A DNA stretch of 64,000 nucleotides from an uncultured Phycisphaerales bacterium (GTDB lineage Bacteria > Planctomycetota > Phycisphaerae > Sedimentisphaerales > Anaerobacaceae). Every line of letters starts with the position of its first letter. Position 1 is the first letter of the stretch. Below are positions 18,201 to 27,277 of the stretch, piece by piece. Where the stretch lies: positions 992,001 through 1,056,000 of the forward strand of contig OY970359.1 in NCBI GenBank assembly GCA_963718665.1. The letters are read 5' to 3'. The position numbers were made by a program, and so were the translations under genes. The notes beneath the pieces were generated by a model. That model searched no databases and was not told where the DNA came from. It saw only the letters and a list, made by a program, of their open reading frames with translations.

Positions 18201-18554
18201 ATTGATACAACAGTAACGGTTCCAAACAACAAAACGATAATTCTGGGCGGTCTGCTGAAGCTTAACCAGACCAAAGGCGGAAGCAAGGTTCCGTTGCTTG
18301 GTGATATTCCTCTTGTGGGCACCCTGTTTCGCAACACCAGCGACTCGGTTAACGATAATAAACTGTATGTTTTTGTAAAAGCCAACATCCTCAGGCCCGA
18401 GATGACATTGGAAGGGTTGTCCGAGATAGAGAAGATTTCCGAAAGAAATCGCGCCGCGTTTGAGAAAAACGAAGAGGAGTTTCAAAAGTACAATGATGTG
18501 CCTGGGATAAAGCCCACGCCGGTGGACCCGGAAAAGGTGCTTGACGCAGAGTAA
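15279..18554 (+). CDS. gspD: Type II secretion secretin (start may lie further downstream, ~15341-15362)
   Basis: Repeated secretin N-domains; QVLIDVTLVE; VLAKPKILV.DG; ILGGL..KVPLLGDIPLVGTLF. Confidence 0.93.
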   Translation: MPEPAGNMCLRRIEVGPERQVMRNMERAMGLKLRPAGWISKFGLIAVVIFVGLAPVVSSPAADMASPNETTIPSPDRYRAFLLKYISPQQGKQFLVDANITNISQVSDSNTLLVTAKPDVLVKAAALLAMVDSREKYAVKVLLPASDANRMPSADEMAAEIGKISIGTFYNIPGGTGYKAIIDTHEDKLIAIAPVAVMDKFVEYADVVKRAGTLPDLEDGLASGAVAESGPAAPDKAFDELLDSISKAEKNPKSSNTVKQKTSPKAENVAIPPKQAAKNDKKLTGKEKKAAEPNLETAASVEPNNEEKVQNQYEPIYAVNADETLELALPEKLKVIDLLDLIGKYLNLNYVYDESKIKTMEVSLKVQGPIKVRDLYPLAESVLKFTGLAMARKGNLVTIVPIADTLEIDPALIETDSGQVKAGDVVVTRVFQLNYIDTASAKALLEGMKLGAVTEIATRGTIIVTGYAYRMNRVEQLLDVVDKPGNPKQFKFRQLKYTMASTLAPKIKALVEQLGDMSISIGVTPAATTPQQPRRPSGVRQPTPQPTPAATAGSTKPSIYLDSDERTNRILMIGQEEELAVVEKLIDTLDIAQQDIRSLRVYEIQHVDAEEVRKKLEELGVIGPSRTSTGTSGRITSRTATPGAPGQPAASPTPAPAVSASPEGELPTEEMQVVVIESTNSLMVNASPEQHALVATIISYVDSESEQKSIPYKVYPLQNQSPDHIAEVLKKLLEDVIKDKEGKIEKVVKKTEDEIIVVPDANTFSLIVYANKKNQDWVADLIKTLDKRRPQVLIDVTLVEITKADSFNLDLEMATKIPQMIPGGNMDFLPALIGGAGDPNTFLKKRSVEAYVSGGQAQGFYSDQHIQALLTAVQSKNYGRVLAKPKILVNDGQVGVIKTADTVNVQLTSGAVVSNGVTVPGSTSYQPYNDGITLTIQPNIGEGDLLLLIVKLERSDFVNVTAGQITPPDTTSSTIDTTVTVPNNKTIILGGLLKLNQTKGGSKVPLLGDIPLVGTLFRNTSDSVNDNKLYVFVKANILRPEMTLEGLSEIEKISERNRAAFEKNEEEFQKYNDVPGIKPTPVDPEKVLDAE

Positions 18555-18592
18555 CCGCGGGAAAATGTTAAAGCGGTAATCGTGAAACGTAA

Positions 18593-20293
18593 ATGAAAGA
18601 GCTTTTAATACAAACCGCGAAGCGGACGGGTATAGTTGACGCCGAAGTTCTGGCCAAATTTCTGGAGGAAAGTTCCGCGGGCCAACGCATCGACGAGGTG
18701 TTGCTTGACTGTCCCAATTTTACCGAGGAGCAGGTTCTGCGTTTGTTCGCGGCGGCGCTGGGAAACGAATTTTTTTCCGAGATACCTGCCAAGCAGGTGC
18801 CGCCGGAATTTATCCAGTCCGTCCCTGCGACATACGCCCAGCACCATTCATTGATTGGGATAAAAAAAGAAGGGGACAACGGCGAGCTGATCGTTGTGCT
18901 TTCCAAGCCATTAGATATTGCCGAGCTCGATAACATATCGAAGATGACTGGTATGTCTGTTCGAGCGGGAGTTGCCACGCGTGCCGCCATAACTTCGGTT
19001 ATCGATGTTGCATACGAGCAGCGGACGACCGTGATAGATGAGGTGGTAGAGGAGCTGGATTCGCAAAATATCGACCAGCTTGCCGATGAAGTAGCCGGCT
19101 CGGACGACCTGCTGGACGTAGTTAATCGTCCGCCCGTTATCCGATTAGTCAATGACGTTCTTTTTCGCGCCCTTCAGTTGAGGGCAAGCGATATTCACGT
19201 TCACCCATACGAGAACAAAATACAAATTCGCTACCGTGTTGACGGTATTCTATACGACACTTTAAGCTTGAACCGCAACGTCCTGCCGCTGATTGTTTCG
19301 CGTATAAAGGTTATGGCCGGTATGGACATAGCCGAACGAAGAATGCCGCAGGACGGGCGATGCAGCGTCCGCCTGGGCCAGCGGGAAATTGACCTTCGCG
19401 TCAGCACCGTCCCCACAAGTTTCGGTGAACGATGCGTCCTGCGTATTTTGGACAAAAGCTCAGGCATACTTACGCTGAATCAACTCGGACTTTGGGAAGA
19501 TGACCTCAAGAGATTTGATACGCTGCTGAATCGCACACACGGCATCATTTTCGTAACAGGCCCGACGGGCAGCGGCAAAAGCACCACGCTTTACGCCTGT
19601 CTCAACCGCATCAATTCCGCGGAAAAAAACGTTATGACCGTCGAGGACCCAATCGAATACCAGCTCGAAGGCATAAGCCAGATGCAGGTCGCCAGCAAAA
19701 AGGGCGTTACCTTTGTTAATGCGCTGAGGCACATTCTGCGACAGGACCCCGACGTGGTAATGGTCGGCGAGGTTCGTGACGCGGAAACAGCGAGAATGGC
19801 GATACAATCATCCCTTACGGGCCACTTAGTTTTCAGCACCCTTCACACCAACGATTCGGCAGGCGCGATAAGCAGGTTGCTGGACCTGGGCGTGGAGCCG
19901 TATTTAGTCAGCTCTTCACTGATTGCCATAATGGCACAGCGGCTACTACGAAAGGTCTGCCCAGATTGCAAAAAGGAATACAAGCCGGCGCCTCACGAAC
20001 TGAGAGAGCTGGGGCTTGGAGATTTGTCTTCGCAGCCCATATTTTATATCGGCGCCGGATGCGACAAATGTTTCCAGACCGGCTACCGGGGCAGGACGGG
20101 TATTTATGAGCTGATGCTGGTTAACGAGGAGATACAGAATCTCATTTATCAAAGAACTACCGCCGGAGCAATAAAAAAGTTCGCGCTGGATGCGGGATTA
20201 CAAACGTTGAGAATGGACGGCGCTCGCAAGGTCCTCGCGGGAACAACGACTATTTCCGAGGTGCTTAGAGTTACTCAGGCCGATGTGATATAG
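18593..20293 (+). CDS. gspE: T2SS assembly ATPase
   Basis: ASDIH, GPTGSGKST, EDPIEY, LRQDPDVVMVGEVRD, TLHTND, and a tetracysteine motif. Confidence 0.96.
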   Translation: MKELLIQTAKRTGIVDAEVLAKFLEESSAGQRIDEVLLDCPNFTEEQVLRLFAAALGNEFFSEIPAKQVPPEFIQSVPATYAQHHSLIGIKKEGDNGELIVVLSKPLDIAELDNISKMTGMSVRAGVATRAAITSVIDVAYEQRTTVIDEVVEELDSQNIDQLADEVAGSDDLLDVVNRPPVIRLVNDVLFRALQLRASDIHVHPYENKIQIRYRVDGILYDTLSLNRNVLPLIVSRIKVMAGMDIAERRMPQDGRCSVRLGQREIDLRVSTVPTSFGERCVLRILDKSSGILTLNQLGLWEDDLKRFDTLLNRTHGIIFVTGPTGSGKSTTLYACLNRINSAEKNVMTVEDPIEYQLEGISQMQVASKKGVTFVNALRHILRQDPDVVMVGEVRDAETARMAIQSSLTGHLVFSTLHTNDSAGAISRLLDLGVEPYLVSSSLIAIMAQRLLRKVCPDCKKEYKPAPHELRELGLGDLSSQPIFYIGAGCDKCFQTGYRGRTGIYELMLVNEEIQNLIYQRTTAGAIKKFALDAGLQTLRMDGARKVLAGTTTISEVLRVTQADVI

Positions 20294-20305
20294 GGATTTT
20301 CGGTT

Positions 20306-21523
20306 ATGCCAAGATATACATATACAGCGATAGCCGCAGACGGGAAAAAAACCAAAGGGACTATAACAGCCGAAAGTCCTTACGCCGCCCGCAAACAGTT
20401 GCGCGTTCGCAACATTCATCCGACCGCAGTAACCGAGCTTGGCGCGGCTGAAGAGGGAAGGTCCGTTATCGCATCAATTTTCAGCAGAACGAGCAAAAAG
20501 AACCTAATCGACTTCACCAGGCAAATGGCCACGCTTATCAATTCGGGCATAAAGCTGACAGAGGCGTTGACTGTGCTGACGATGCAGTCACCTGACCCGA
20601 GATTCAAGGCCGCCCTTTCGGATATCCGCGACCGCGTGATTACGGGCGAATCGCTGACCGACGCTATGAAGGATTACGACGAGTATTTCGACATAATTTA
20701 TGTCAGTATGGTACGAGTGGGCGAGGTTACCGGGTCGCTGGGGCCCGTATTCGCCACCATCGGTAATTTTATGGGCAAACGCCAGAAGGTTGAATCGAAA
20801 ATCATTACCGCTATGGTATATCCGGCGATTCTTATGCTGTTCGCCCTAGTTGTTATTATTATTCTTACCACATTTGTCATCCCCAAAATAGGCGCCCAGC
20901 TTGTGGCAGCCAAACAGGAGCTACCCTGGATAACCAAGCAGTTAATGAACGTAAGCTACATTATGACAAGCTGGTGGGTAGTGCTCGTAATCGCAGGTAT
21001 AGTGGCGGCTATCTGGGGGATAAGGCGGTTCTTCAAGACACCCCGCGGCGCGTTTATGCGGGATAAATTCATTTTGTCGCTGCCGGTATTCGGGCCGCTT
21101 ATCAAGCAGAGAGTGGTTTCGCGTTTCGCATCTACTTTGTCAACGCTTCTCGGTTCCGGCCTGAGTATGGCTGAGTCGTTCCGTGTTGTCGGCGAGGTCA
21201 CGGGCAACACATTGATGAAACGGGCTATTGACCAGGCGAGAGAGAGAATTCTCGCCGGCGCGGATATCGCGACACCTTTGCGCGACAGCGGGGTTATTGA
21301 CCCGTCGATAGCCCATATGGTAACAGTGGGCGAGAAAAGCGGCGAGCTCGAGACGATGCTCAAAAACATTAGCGATTCGCTCGAAGAATCAACGGATATT
21401 GTCATCGAACGGATAAGCGCGGCCGTAGAGCCGGTTGTAATTGTTTTTATCGCGGTAATCGTAGGCATCATCGCCCTTGCGATAATGATGCCGATTTTGA
21501 AAATTTCGCAAATGGCTATGTAA
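20306..21523 (+). CDS. gspF: T2SS inner-membrane platform protein
   Basis: Two GspF domains (FTRQMATL..SGI; VGE..G.L), YP motif, three TM segments. Confidence 0.95.
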   Translation: MPRYTYTAIAADGKKTKGTITAESPYAARKQLRVRNIHPTAVTELGAAEEGRSVIASIFSRTSKKNLIDFTRQMATLINSGIKLTEALTVLTMQSPDPRFKAALSDIRDRVITGESLTDAMKDYDEYFDIIYVSMVRVGEVTGSLGPVFATIGNFMGKRQKVESKIITAMVYPAILMLFALVVIIILTTFVIPKIGAQLVAAKQELPWITKQLMNVSYIMTSWWVVLVIAGIVAAIWGIRRFFKTPRGAFMRDKFILSLPVFGPLIKQRVVSRFASTLSTLLGSGLSMAESFRVVGEVTGNTLMKRAIDQARERILAGADIATPLRDSGVIDPSIAHMVTVGEKSGELETMLKNISDSLEESTDIVIERISAAVEPVVIVFIAVIVGIIALAIMMPILKISQMAM

Positions 21524-21539
21524 AAAACTGGAGACATTT

Positions 21540-22004
21540 ATGACTACGAAAAAATCACGCTCATATTTCCGCGGCGCCGGGCGCCGTTACGCCGCATTCA
21601 CGATTATCGAGGTTATGGCCGTAATTGTGATTATCGGCATCCTGGCGGGTATTGTTGCCGTCAACGTCGTCGGAAGAATTGACAAGGCGCGAGTTATCTC
21701 CACCAAAGCCAATCTCAAAATGCTCCACAGCGCCGTTATTCAGTTCAAGCTCGACACAGGCCGATACCCAACCGAAGAGGCCGGCCTGCAGGAACTTATC
21801 GAGCAGCCCACTGACGTTACCGGCTGGAACCCCGGCGGTTATCTCCAATCAACATCGCTGCCAAAAGACGCATGGGGACACGATTTCATTTATCAGTTAT
21901 CACCCGAAAGCGGCAAAGCATTTGTTATTATCAGCTATGGAGCTGATGGCGAAGAGGGCGGCGAGGGACTCAACGCCGACCTTTACAGCACGGATGCCGA
22001 TTGA
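21540..22004 (+). CDS. gspG: Major pseudopilin
   Basis: A|FTIIEVMAVIVIIGIL prepilin motif; DTGRYPT..GL, PKDAWG, SYGADG..GGEG.NAD. Confidence 0.95.
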   Translation: MTTKKSRSYFRGAGRRYAAFTIIEVMAVIVIIGILAGIVAVNVVGRIDKARVISTKANLKMLHSAVIQFKLDTGRYPTEEAGLQELIEQPTDVTGWNPGGYLQSTSLPKDAWGHDFIYQLSPESGKAFVIISYGADGEEGGEGLNADLYSTDAD

Positions 22005-22021
22005 CAGAGGACAGAAAACGG

Positions 22022-22624
22022 ATGACAGAGGACAGAAGACAGACGACAGATAACAAAGTCGGAAGGACAGAATTCCGTCCTCAGTCATCCGTCTTCCGTC
22101 ATCGGGCGTTTACGCTGGCGGAGGCGATGGTCGTCATCGTTATCATTTCGCTGCTGATAATGATTGCGGCAACCAATCTGAATGGAGTCATTACCAAAAA
22201 TTCCTTTAAAGCCAAAAGTCAGGGGCTTATCTCCGCCCTTGAGGCCGCGGTAACAAGCGCCGGCCAAAGTAACAAAAGATACGAAGTCATTATTGATATC
22301 CCGCAGCAGAGCTATCTTCTGCGTGAGATTTCATCTTCCAATCTGGCCGACGTTCTTGATGAAGAAATAATCGCCCAGGAGGATTTCGGCTACAACTGCA
22401 GGATTTCATACGTTTTGTTTGACGACGGGCAATATACAAACGAGGACAAGGCGAAGTTCCGGGCGAGCCGGGCGGGATGGCAGTTCGGCGGCATAATAGT
22501 GCTTATCGATTCTGACGGGCAGAGCTGGTCGATTATTGTTGACCAGCTGAGCAATATCGTTCGTTTGCAGGAGGGTGAAGCGCAAATCGTCTGGCCAAGG
22601 AGTAAAGATGATCTGCCGTTCTGA
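22022..22624 (+). CDS. gspH: Minor pseudopilin (GspH-like) with a heptamer-repeat-encoded leader
   Basis: A|FTLAEAMVVIVII motif; position after gspG; ATG at 22022 (alternative TTG at 22001). Confidence 0.8.
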   Translation: MTEDRRQTTDNKVGRTEFRPQSSVFRHRAFTLAEAMVVIVIISLLIMIAATNLNGVITKNSFKAKSQGLISALEAAVTSAGQSNKRYEVIIDIPQQSYLLREISSSNLADVLDEEIIAQEDFGYNCRISYVLFDDGQYTNEDKAKFRASRAGWQFGGIIVLIDSDGQSWSIIVDQLSNIVRLQEGEAQIVWPRSKDDLPF

Positions 22625-23510
22625 AAACAGAGGACAGAGGACAGAAGACAGAAGACGGCTGACCGTTCTCCGTCCTCAGTCCTCCGTCTTCCGTCATCGG
22701 GCTTTTACGCTGGTAGAAAGCATGGCCTCAATTACGCTGCTGGCGTTTATCGGCATAAGCGTGTGGGTAATTCTGGGGCGATGCACGGCTTCCGCGGCAA
22801 ACTCGGTTCAGCGTATGCGCGCCTTTGAAATAGCCCGCGAAAATATGGAAAAGCTACTTGGTTTGGATTCCGTTCAGGAAACGACCGAATACGGCACAAG
22901 CGAAAAATTCCCGGACATCCGCTGGCAGACCACCGTCGAGAGTTTTTATGAACCGGCGACATCGCAAATGTGGGTGCGGGCGGTCTGCTCGGCGGAATAT
23001 ACCGATACATCCGGCGAGCCCCAAAATGTCGAGTTAACCAACTGGCTTACCAAGCTTAGCAATACGCAGATGGCGCAGTTGACGCAAAAGTCGGAACTTC
23101 AGAAACAACAGATTGCCAAACATATTATCGCGACCGAGGAGCTTGCGGCGGAATTTGCCGGCGTTACTGTCGAAACCATAAGGCAGTGGGTAAAGAACGG
23201 TATGCCGATGACGGAGGCAGGCGAATATCTTAAGCCCTGGCTGGACCTGTACCTGCAAACCGATGGCAACCCGACGGACGAGGATAAGCAAAGCACATTG
23301 ACAGAATATCCGGAATTGTCAATTACGAGGCCGAAGAAAGCGACTGCGGACAAGACGACAACACCAACACCGGATTCGCAGAACCCAGAGGAGTCCGGGT
23401 CGCAGGCGCAGCCGGGCACCGACTCATCAGGCACCGAACCGACGGCTCCGAACGATAATATAGACCCTGAGCTGAAGAAACAAATAAATGATTTATTGCG
23501 CGGCTCTTAG
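22608..23510 (+). CDS. gspI: Minor pseudopilin (GspI-like) with a C-terminal HTH-like extension
   Basis: A|FTLVES prepilin motif; ATG at 22608 after AAGGAG; position in the cluster. Confidence 0.75.
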   Translation: MICRSENRGQRTEDRRRLTVLRPQSSVFRHRAFTLVESMASITLLAFIGISVWVILGRCTASAANSVQRMRAFEIARENMEKLLGLDSVQETTEYGTSEKFPDIRWQTTVESFYEPATSQMWVRAVCSAEYTDTSGEPQNVELTNWLTKLSNTQMAQLTQKSELQKQQIAKHIIATEELAAEFAGVTVETIRQWVKNGMPMTEAGEYLKPWLDLYLQTDGNPTDEDKQSTLTEYPELSITRPKKATADKTTTPTPDSQNPEESGSQAQPGTDSSGTEPTAPNDNIDPELKKQINDLLRGS

Positions 23511-23529
23511 CGAGCAGTTTGTAACCGAT

Positions 23530-24375
23530 ATGGAATCAGTGAACAATAAAACGTGTTCTTATAAAGGGGCTTTCACGCTCGTGGAGATACTTGCCGCCCT
23601 GACCGTTGGAACAATGGTTCTGCTGGCGGTTCTGGCTTTATATAACAGGGGGCAAAGCGGCTCAGCCGCGGTTATGAACAAGCTGGAAAGCACTCGCCTG
23701 CCTCGTGAGGTTTTTCAGCGAATAGCCGAAGACCTCGACCGGGTTGCCGGGGGAGGTCAGGGGATTCAAATTGATATTTTAAACAAATTGCAGGACGGTT
23801 TATCCGCCGCAAAACTGGAAATATTAAGGCCGATTTACGACGGCAAAGACCAGCAGCAAACGCTTGAAAAAATTGTCTGGCAAAGCAGCACTGACCCGGA
23901 AAGCGGATTGCTAACCTTGTATCGAAGCCATTCCGGAATCGCGATGGAAGACGCACTGCTCGATAACCAGAAAGAACCGTGGCAGCGAGAGCTTTTTGTG
24001 CCTATTTGCAGTGGTATAACTTTTTTCAAAATCGAAGTTCCCAAAGACGAAAACGAAGTGCCATTAGACCGGTGGACGGAAGGTATTCCGCCGGTGGTCA
24101 GGATTACAATGTCATTTGCTCAGCCATATAAGACGGTAAGCGGCACCTTTGACGTTCCCGAAGAGGAAAAGATTGTTCGCACTATTGCTGTTGACAGGAC
24201 CCGCATGCCGACATTTACCATACCTTCGCTTGATGCCAACCAGGCCGCCGATGCCAACGGGTCAGGCGATGCCAATAACCCGGCAGATACAAATACGCCG
24301 GCAGATATCAATACATCAGCAGGTGCCAACAGACCAATAAGAACTGCGACGATACAGCAACGTGAAGATGTGTGA
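23530..24375 (+). CDS. gspJ: Minor pseudopilin (GspJ-like)
   Basis: GA|FTLVEILAAL motif; position in the cluster; D-x-N repeat tail. Confidence 0.78.
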   Translation: MESVNNKTCSYKGAFTLVEILAALTVGTMVLLAVLALYNRGQSGSAAVMNKLESTRLPREVFQRIAEDLDRVAGGGQGIQIDILNKLQDGLSAAKLEILRPIYDGKDQQQTLEKIVWQSSTDPESGLLTLYRSHSGIAMEDALLDNQKEPWQRELFVPICSGITFFKIEVPKDENEVPLDRWTEGIPPVVRITMSFAQPYKTVSGTFDVPEEEKIVRTIAVDRTRMPTFTIPSLDANQAADANGSGDANNPADTNTPADINTSAGANRPIRTATIQQREDV

Positions 24376-25711
24376 GAATGATTTTATGAACGGTAGTTTG
24401 CAAAATCACGATAGCCGAACCACATCAGAGGCCGAACCGTCGGTTCGTACAAGCGGGATTGTGCTTCTGATAACAATGTTAGTACTGCTGGTTCTTGCGA
24501 CGCTTGGATACACTTTAGCCAGCCGGGTGGCTTCTCAGCGGCACAGGGATAGTTACATCATCGATTACACCAACGCCTGTTACGCCCGTGATTCGGCGTT
24601 AAAATACGCATTGGCCGCATTGGAGGACCTTAACGACCTTAAGTTGATTTCCCGTCCCAATGAGCCGGATTTTTCCGACCTTTTCCATCTCAGCGAGGAG
24701 GAGTATAGCCAGTTGATTGAACAATGGGCAATGGAACTTGCCAAAAAACAATCAGAAGGTGAAAGCAACGATGGAAATACGCCCCCCCCTATGTCTGTTC
24801 TTGAAGCCAACGACTCGAACGGGAAACACACGGCTGATTCGAATTTAGCCGAGCCAAACGATAGTAACAATATAAAGATACGGGGTCCTTATGGTCCGTC
24901 CTGGCCTTTTGTGACGGAGCCGGTGGAATTTGATATCGGCTCGACGCACATAAAAATTGAGACCGAAGATGAAAACGCGAAATATCCTGCCGGGTGGGCC
25001 ATCATCGATAATGAAAAAGTCCAGCGTGAGTCACAGGCGGGCATGCAGACCTTCTTTGAGTGGATGGGATACGATTCCGACAGGATAAAAACCGTCGGGG
25101 ACCAGTTGAAGCAAATAGCTTCAATAAAACCGTTCAAGGTTGAGTTCAAGCCGGTTGTACAAAGGGTACCCATAACAACCGAAGTTCAAAATCCCGCCAG
25201 GCGAGGCGCAAAAACGAAGAGAACCGTTTATAAGACGGCAGAGGTTTCACCGACGGAATCTATGGTTGTTCAAACCAGAGATTTTTCGGAACTCTTCCAC
25301 AGCTCCCTGCTCGACCTGCAAATACTCGCCGAACCCACAATTATAAGTGAAACCAGAAAAGAGTCGGCGATGAAGTATATGGGATTATGGGGGGCGACCC
25401 AGGTTAATATAAACTCGGCGCCCAGAAATGTGCTGGAAGCCGCATTTACATTCGGAGGCGATGCCCAGCAAATCGCCGACGGAATCATACAAAAGAGGCG
25501 CGAAAAGCCGTTCGCAGATATTGATGCGGTTAAAAAAGAGCTGTTCCAGTTTTCCGACTCAATCGAGAAATGCAAACCATATATCACCACGAGCAGCAAC
25601 GTGTTTTCGATACACGTTACAGCGGCAAGCGGCGTGGCAAAGGTCTCGGCAGTCGTGGTTGTGATGAAAAATGGCGGCAAGATTCAAAAGGTCGCTGTTT
25701 TGAGCGGGTAA
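24362..25711 (+). CDS. gspK: Minor pseudopilin GspK
   Basis: G|IVLLITMLVL without Glu5; IETEDENAK; VNINSAP..L helix-hairpin-helix; ITTSSNVFSI. Confidence 0.85.
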   Translation: MKMCENDFMNGSLQNHDSRTTSEAEPSVRTSGIVLLITMLVLLVLATLGYTLASRVASQRHRDSYIIDYTNACYARDSALKYALAALEDLNDLKLISRPNEPDFSDLFHLSEEEYSQLIEQWAMELAKKQSEGESNDGNTPPPMSVLEANDSNGKHTADSNLAEPNDSNNIKIRGPYGPSWPFVTEPVEFDIGSTHIKIETEDENAKYPAGWAIIDNEKVQRESQAGMQTFFEWMGYDSDRIKTVGDQLKQIASIKPFKVEFKPVVQRVPITTEVQNPARRGAKTKRTVYKTAEVSPTESMVVQTRDFSELFHSSLLDLQILAEPTIISETRKESAMKYMGLWGATQVNINSAPRNVLEAAFTFGGDAQQIADGIIQKRREKPFADIDAVKKELFQFSDSIEKCKPYITTSSNVFSIHVTAASGVAKVSAVVVVMKNGGKIQKVAVLSG

Positions 25712-25786
25712 ACAGCGCGGCGGATAGCGTAAAATTCACTATACGTTATACGTCGGAGGTTAAACGCAGTAAGGAGCCGACTTAAA

Positions 25787-27277
25787 GTGCAAACTGGGAA
25801 TTTTTTGGGAATATATCTGGCCAAAGACCGCGCGACGGTTGTTTGTCTGGACGTGCAGGGCAGTGAGAGAAAGCTCGTGGGGTGTTTTAGTGTTTCGCCG
25901 GAACAGTCCGAACAGCCGACTTTCCAGGCGCTGGCCCAGCGCATCGCGGCCGTATGCGCCGAAAGGCAGATTAAATTTACTGAGGCGGCGGTTGCCCTGG
26001 ACTGCGCGATGTTTATGCAGCACAGTATCCACAGCGAATTCTCCGACGTCAGGAAAATCACGCAGACGGTTCACTTTGACACGGAAGAGGCCCTCGGCAC
26101 CGACGCGACGGACGTCGCAATCGCGTTCAAAATAAATTCGACCGACCAGACCGGCGCGGACATCAGCGCCTTCACGGCGCAAAAACAGATGCTGTCTGAT
26201 TTGCTCGGCGCGCTGCAAAGCAACAACATAGACCCGTTCAGCGTGGAACCGGACGTGAACTGCCTGGCAAGGTTTGTCTGCCAGAACGCGTCTTTGTCTC
26301 CCGACGTTCGCCCGTTGTTCGCATTTTTGTCCCGGAGAAACGGCTATTTTATCTCGCCAGTTTCTTCGCCCTGGCAGGGGATATCTCCGACGCCGGCAAC
26401 CTCGATGCGAACGTTCCTTCTGAGTCCCTCGCAAAACAGGAATGAGATGCTGACAAAGCAGTTTTCAATGACCACCGCGCTGCTGCAACCAGCCGGGACA
26501 GTGAATTGTCTCGAAATTTTTGATACCACAGATTCGGTGAGCTGCGACGACATCGCTAAAAAAATTACTGTTGAGACCAATCGTATTGACATAACAGGGT
26601 TGGCGAAATTATCTGCCGAGAACCTCGCGGACTGTCCCGATGCCGTCGAATTCGCAATCGCTTACGGTGCGGCGATTGCGCAGCTCGACGGGTCTCACGG
26701 CACCAATTTCCGCGGCGATTTTATGCCCTACCAGGGCAGGAAGATGCGTTTGCAGCAGACGCTTAAGTTTTTTGCGGTTGCGGCGGTCATTCTTATGTTC
26801 GCCGTCGGACTATACGGCCTGATGCAGGCCCTGCAGTTCAACAAATATAGCGCCCAATTGCGGGCGAAATTTGCGAAGGATTTTCCAGCGGTAATGTTCG
26901 GGGAGAAGATGCCTGGCAAAACAAAAGAGGCGACGAGAAAAATCTCCACGGCGCTACGGCGTATCAAGGAGGCGCAAAAGGGCTTTTCTCTTACCGGTGA
27001 AGAAGCCGTCGCGGCCAAACTTGTCCTTGTGCTTCAGGCGTTGAACAAGTGCGCCGCGACCACTGGCCTTAATATCGAGACCGTTTCCATAACCGACAAG
27101 ATGATTACAATCAACGGCGACACGTCCAGCCCGAACAATACCCTGAAGATGTTCGAGGCCCTCAAGCAGACCGGCTTGAACGTTCTCCAGCAGCGCATCA
27201 GCACCGACGGCGGCCGCAGCACCTTCGGCGTAACGGTTGAACCCACCCCAACAAAGCAAGGCGGAGGCAGCCAATGA
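25787..27277 (+). CDS. GspL/PilM-PilN-like alignment protein
   Basis: Actin-like cytoplasmic N-terminus (LGIYL...), one TM segment, periplasmic C-terminus; position after gspK. Confidence 0.7.
   Translation: MQTGNFLGIYLAKDRATVVCLDVQGSERKLVGCFSVSPEQSEQPTFQALAQRIAAVCAERQIKFTEAAVALDCAMFMQHSIHSEFSDVRKITQTVHFDTEEALGTDATDVAIAFKINSTDQTGADISAFTAQKQMLSDLLGALQSNNIDPFSVEPDVNCLARFVCQNASLSPDVRPLFAFLSRRNGYFISPVSSPWQGISPTPATSMRTFLLSPSQNRNEMLTKQFSMTTALLQPAGTVNCLEIFDTTDSVSCDDIAKKITVETNRIDITGLAKLSAENLADCPDAVEFAIAYGAAIAQLDGSHGTNFRGDFMPYQGRKMRLQQTLKFFAVAAVILMFAVGLYGLMQALQFNKYSAQLRAKFAKDFPAVMFGEKMPGKTKEATRKISTALRRIKEAQKGFSLTGEEAVAAKLVLVLQALNKCAATTGLNIETVSITDKMITINGDTSSPNNTLKMFEALKQTGLNVLQQRISTDGGRSTFGVTVEPTPTKQGGGSQ

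Noticed and set aside
22003..22702. Repeats near gspH/gspI as a CRISPR array
   Set aside because: The units are 7-nt tandem repeats without unique spacers, lie in coding leaders, and no cas genes are present.
21590..23585. Ala rather than Gly at the -1 position of the prepilin cleavage sites
   Set aside because: A|FTL sites are common in planctomycete prepilin-like proteins; not novel.
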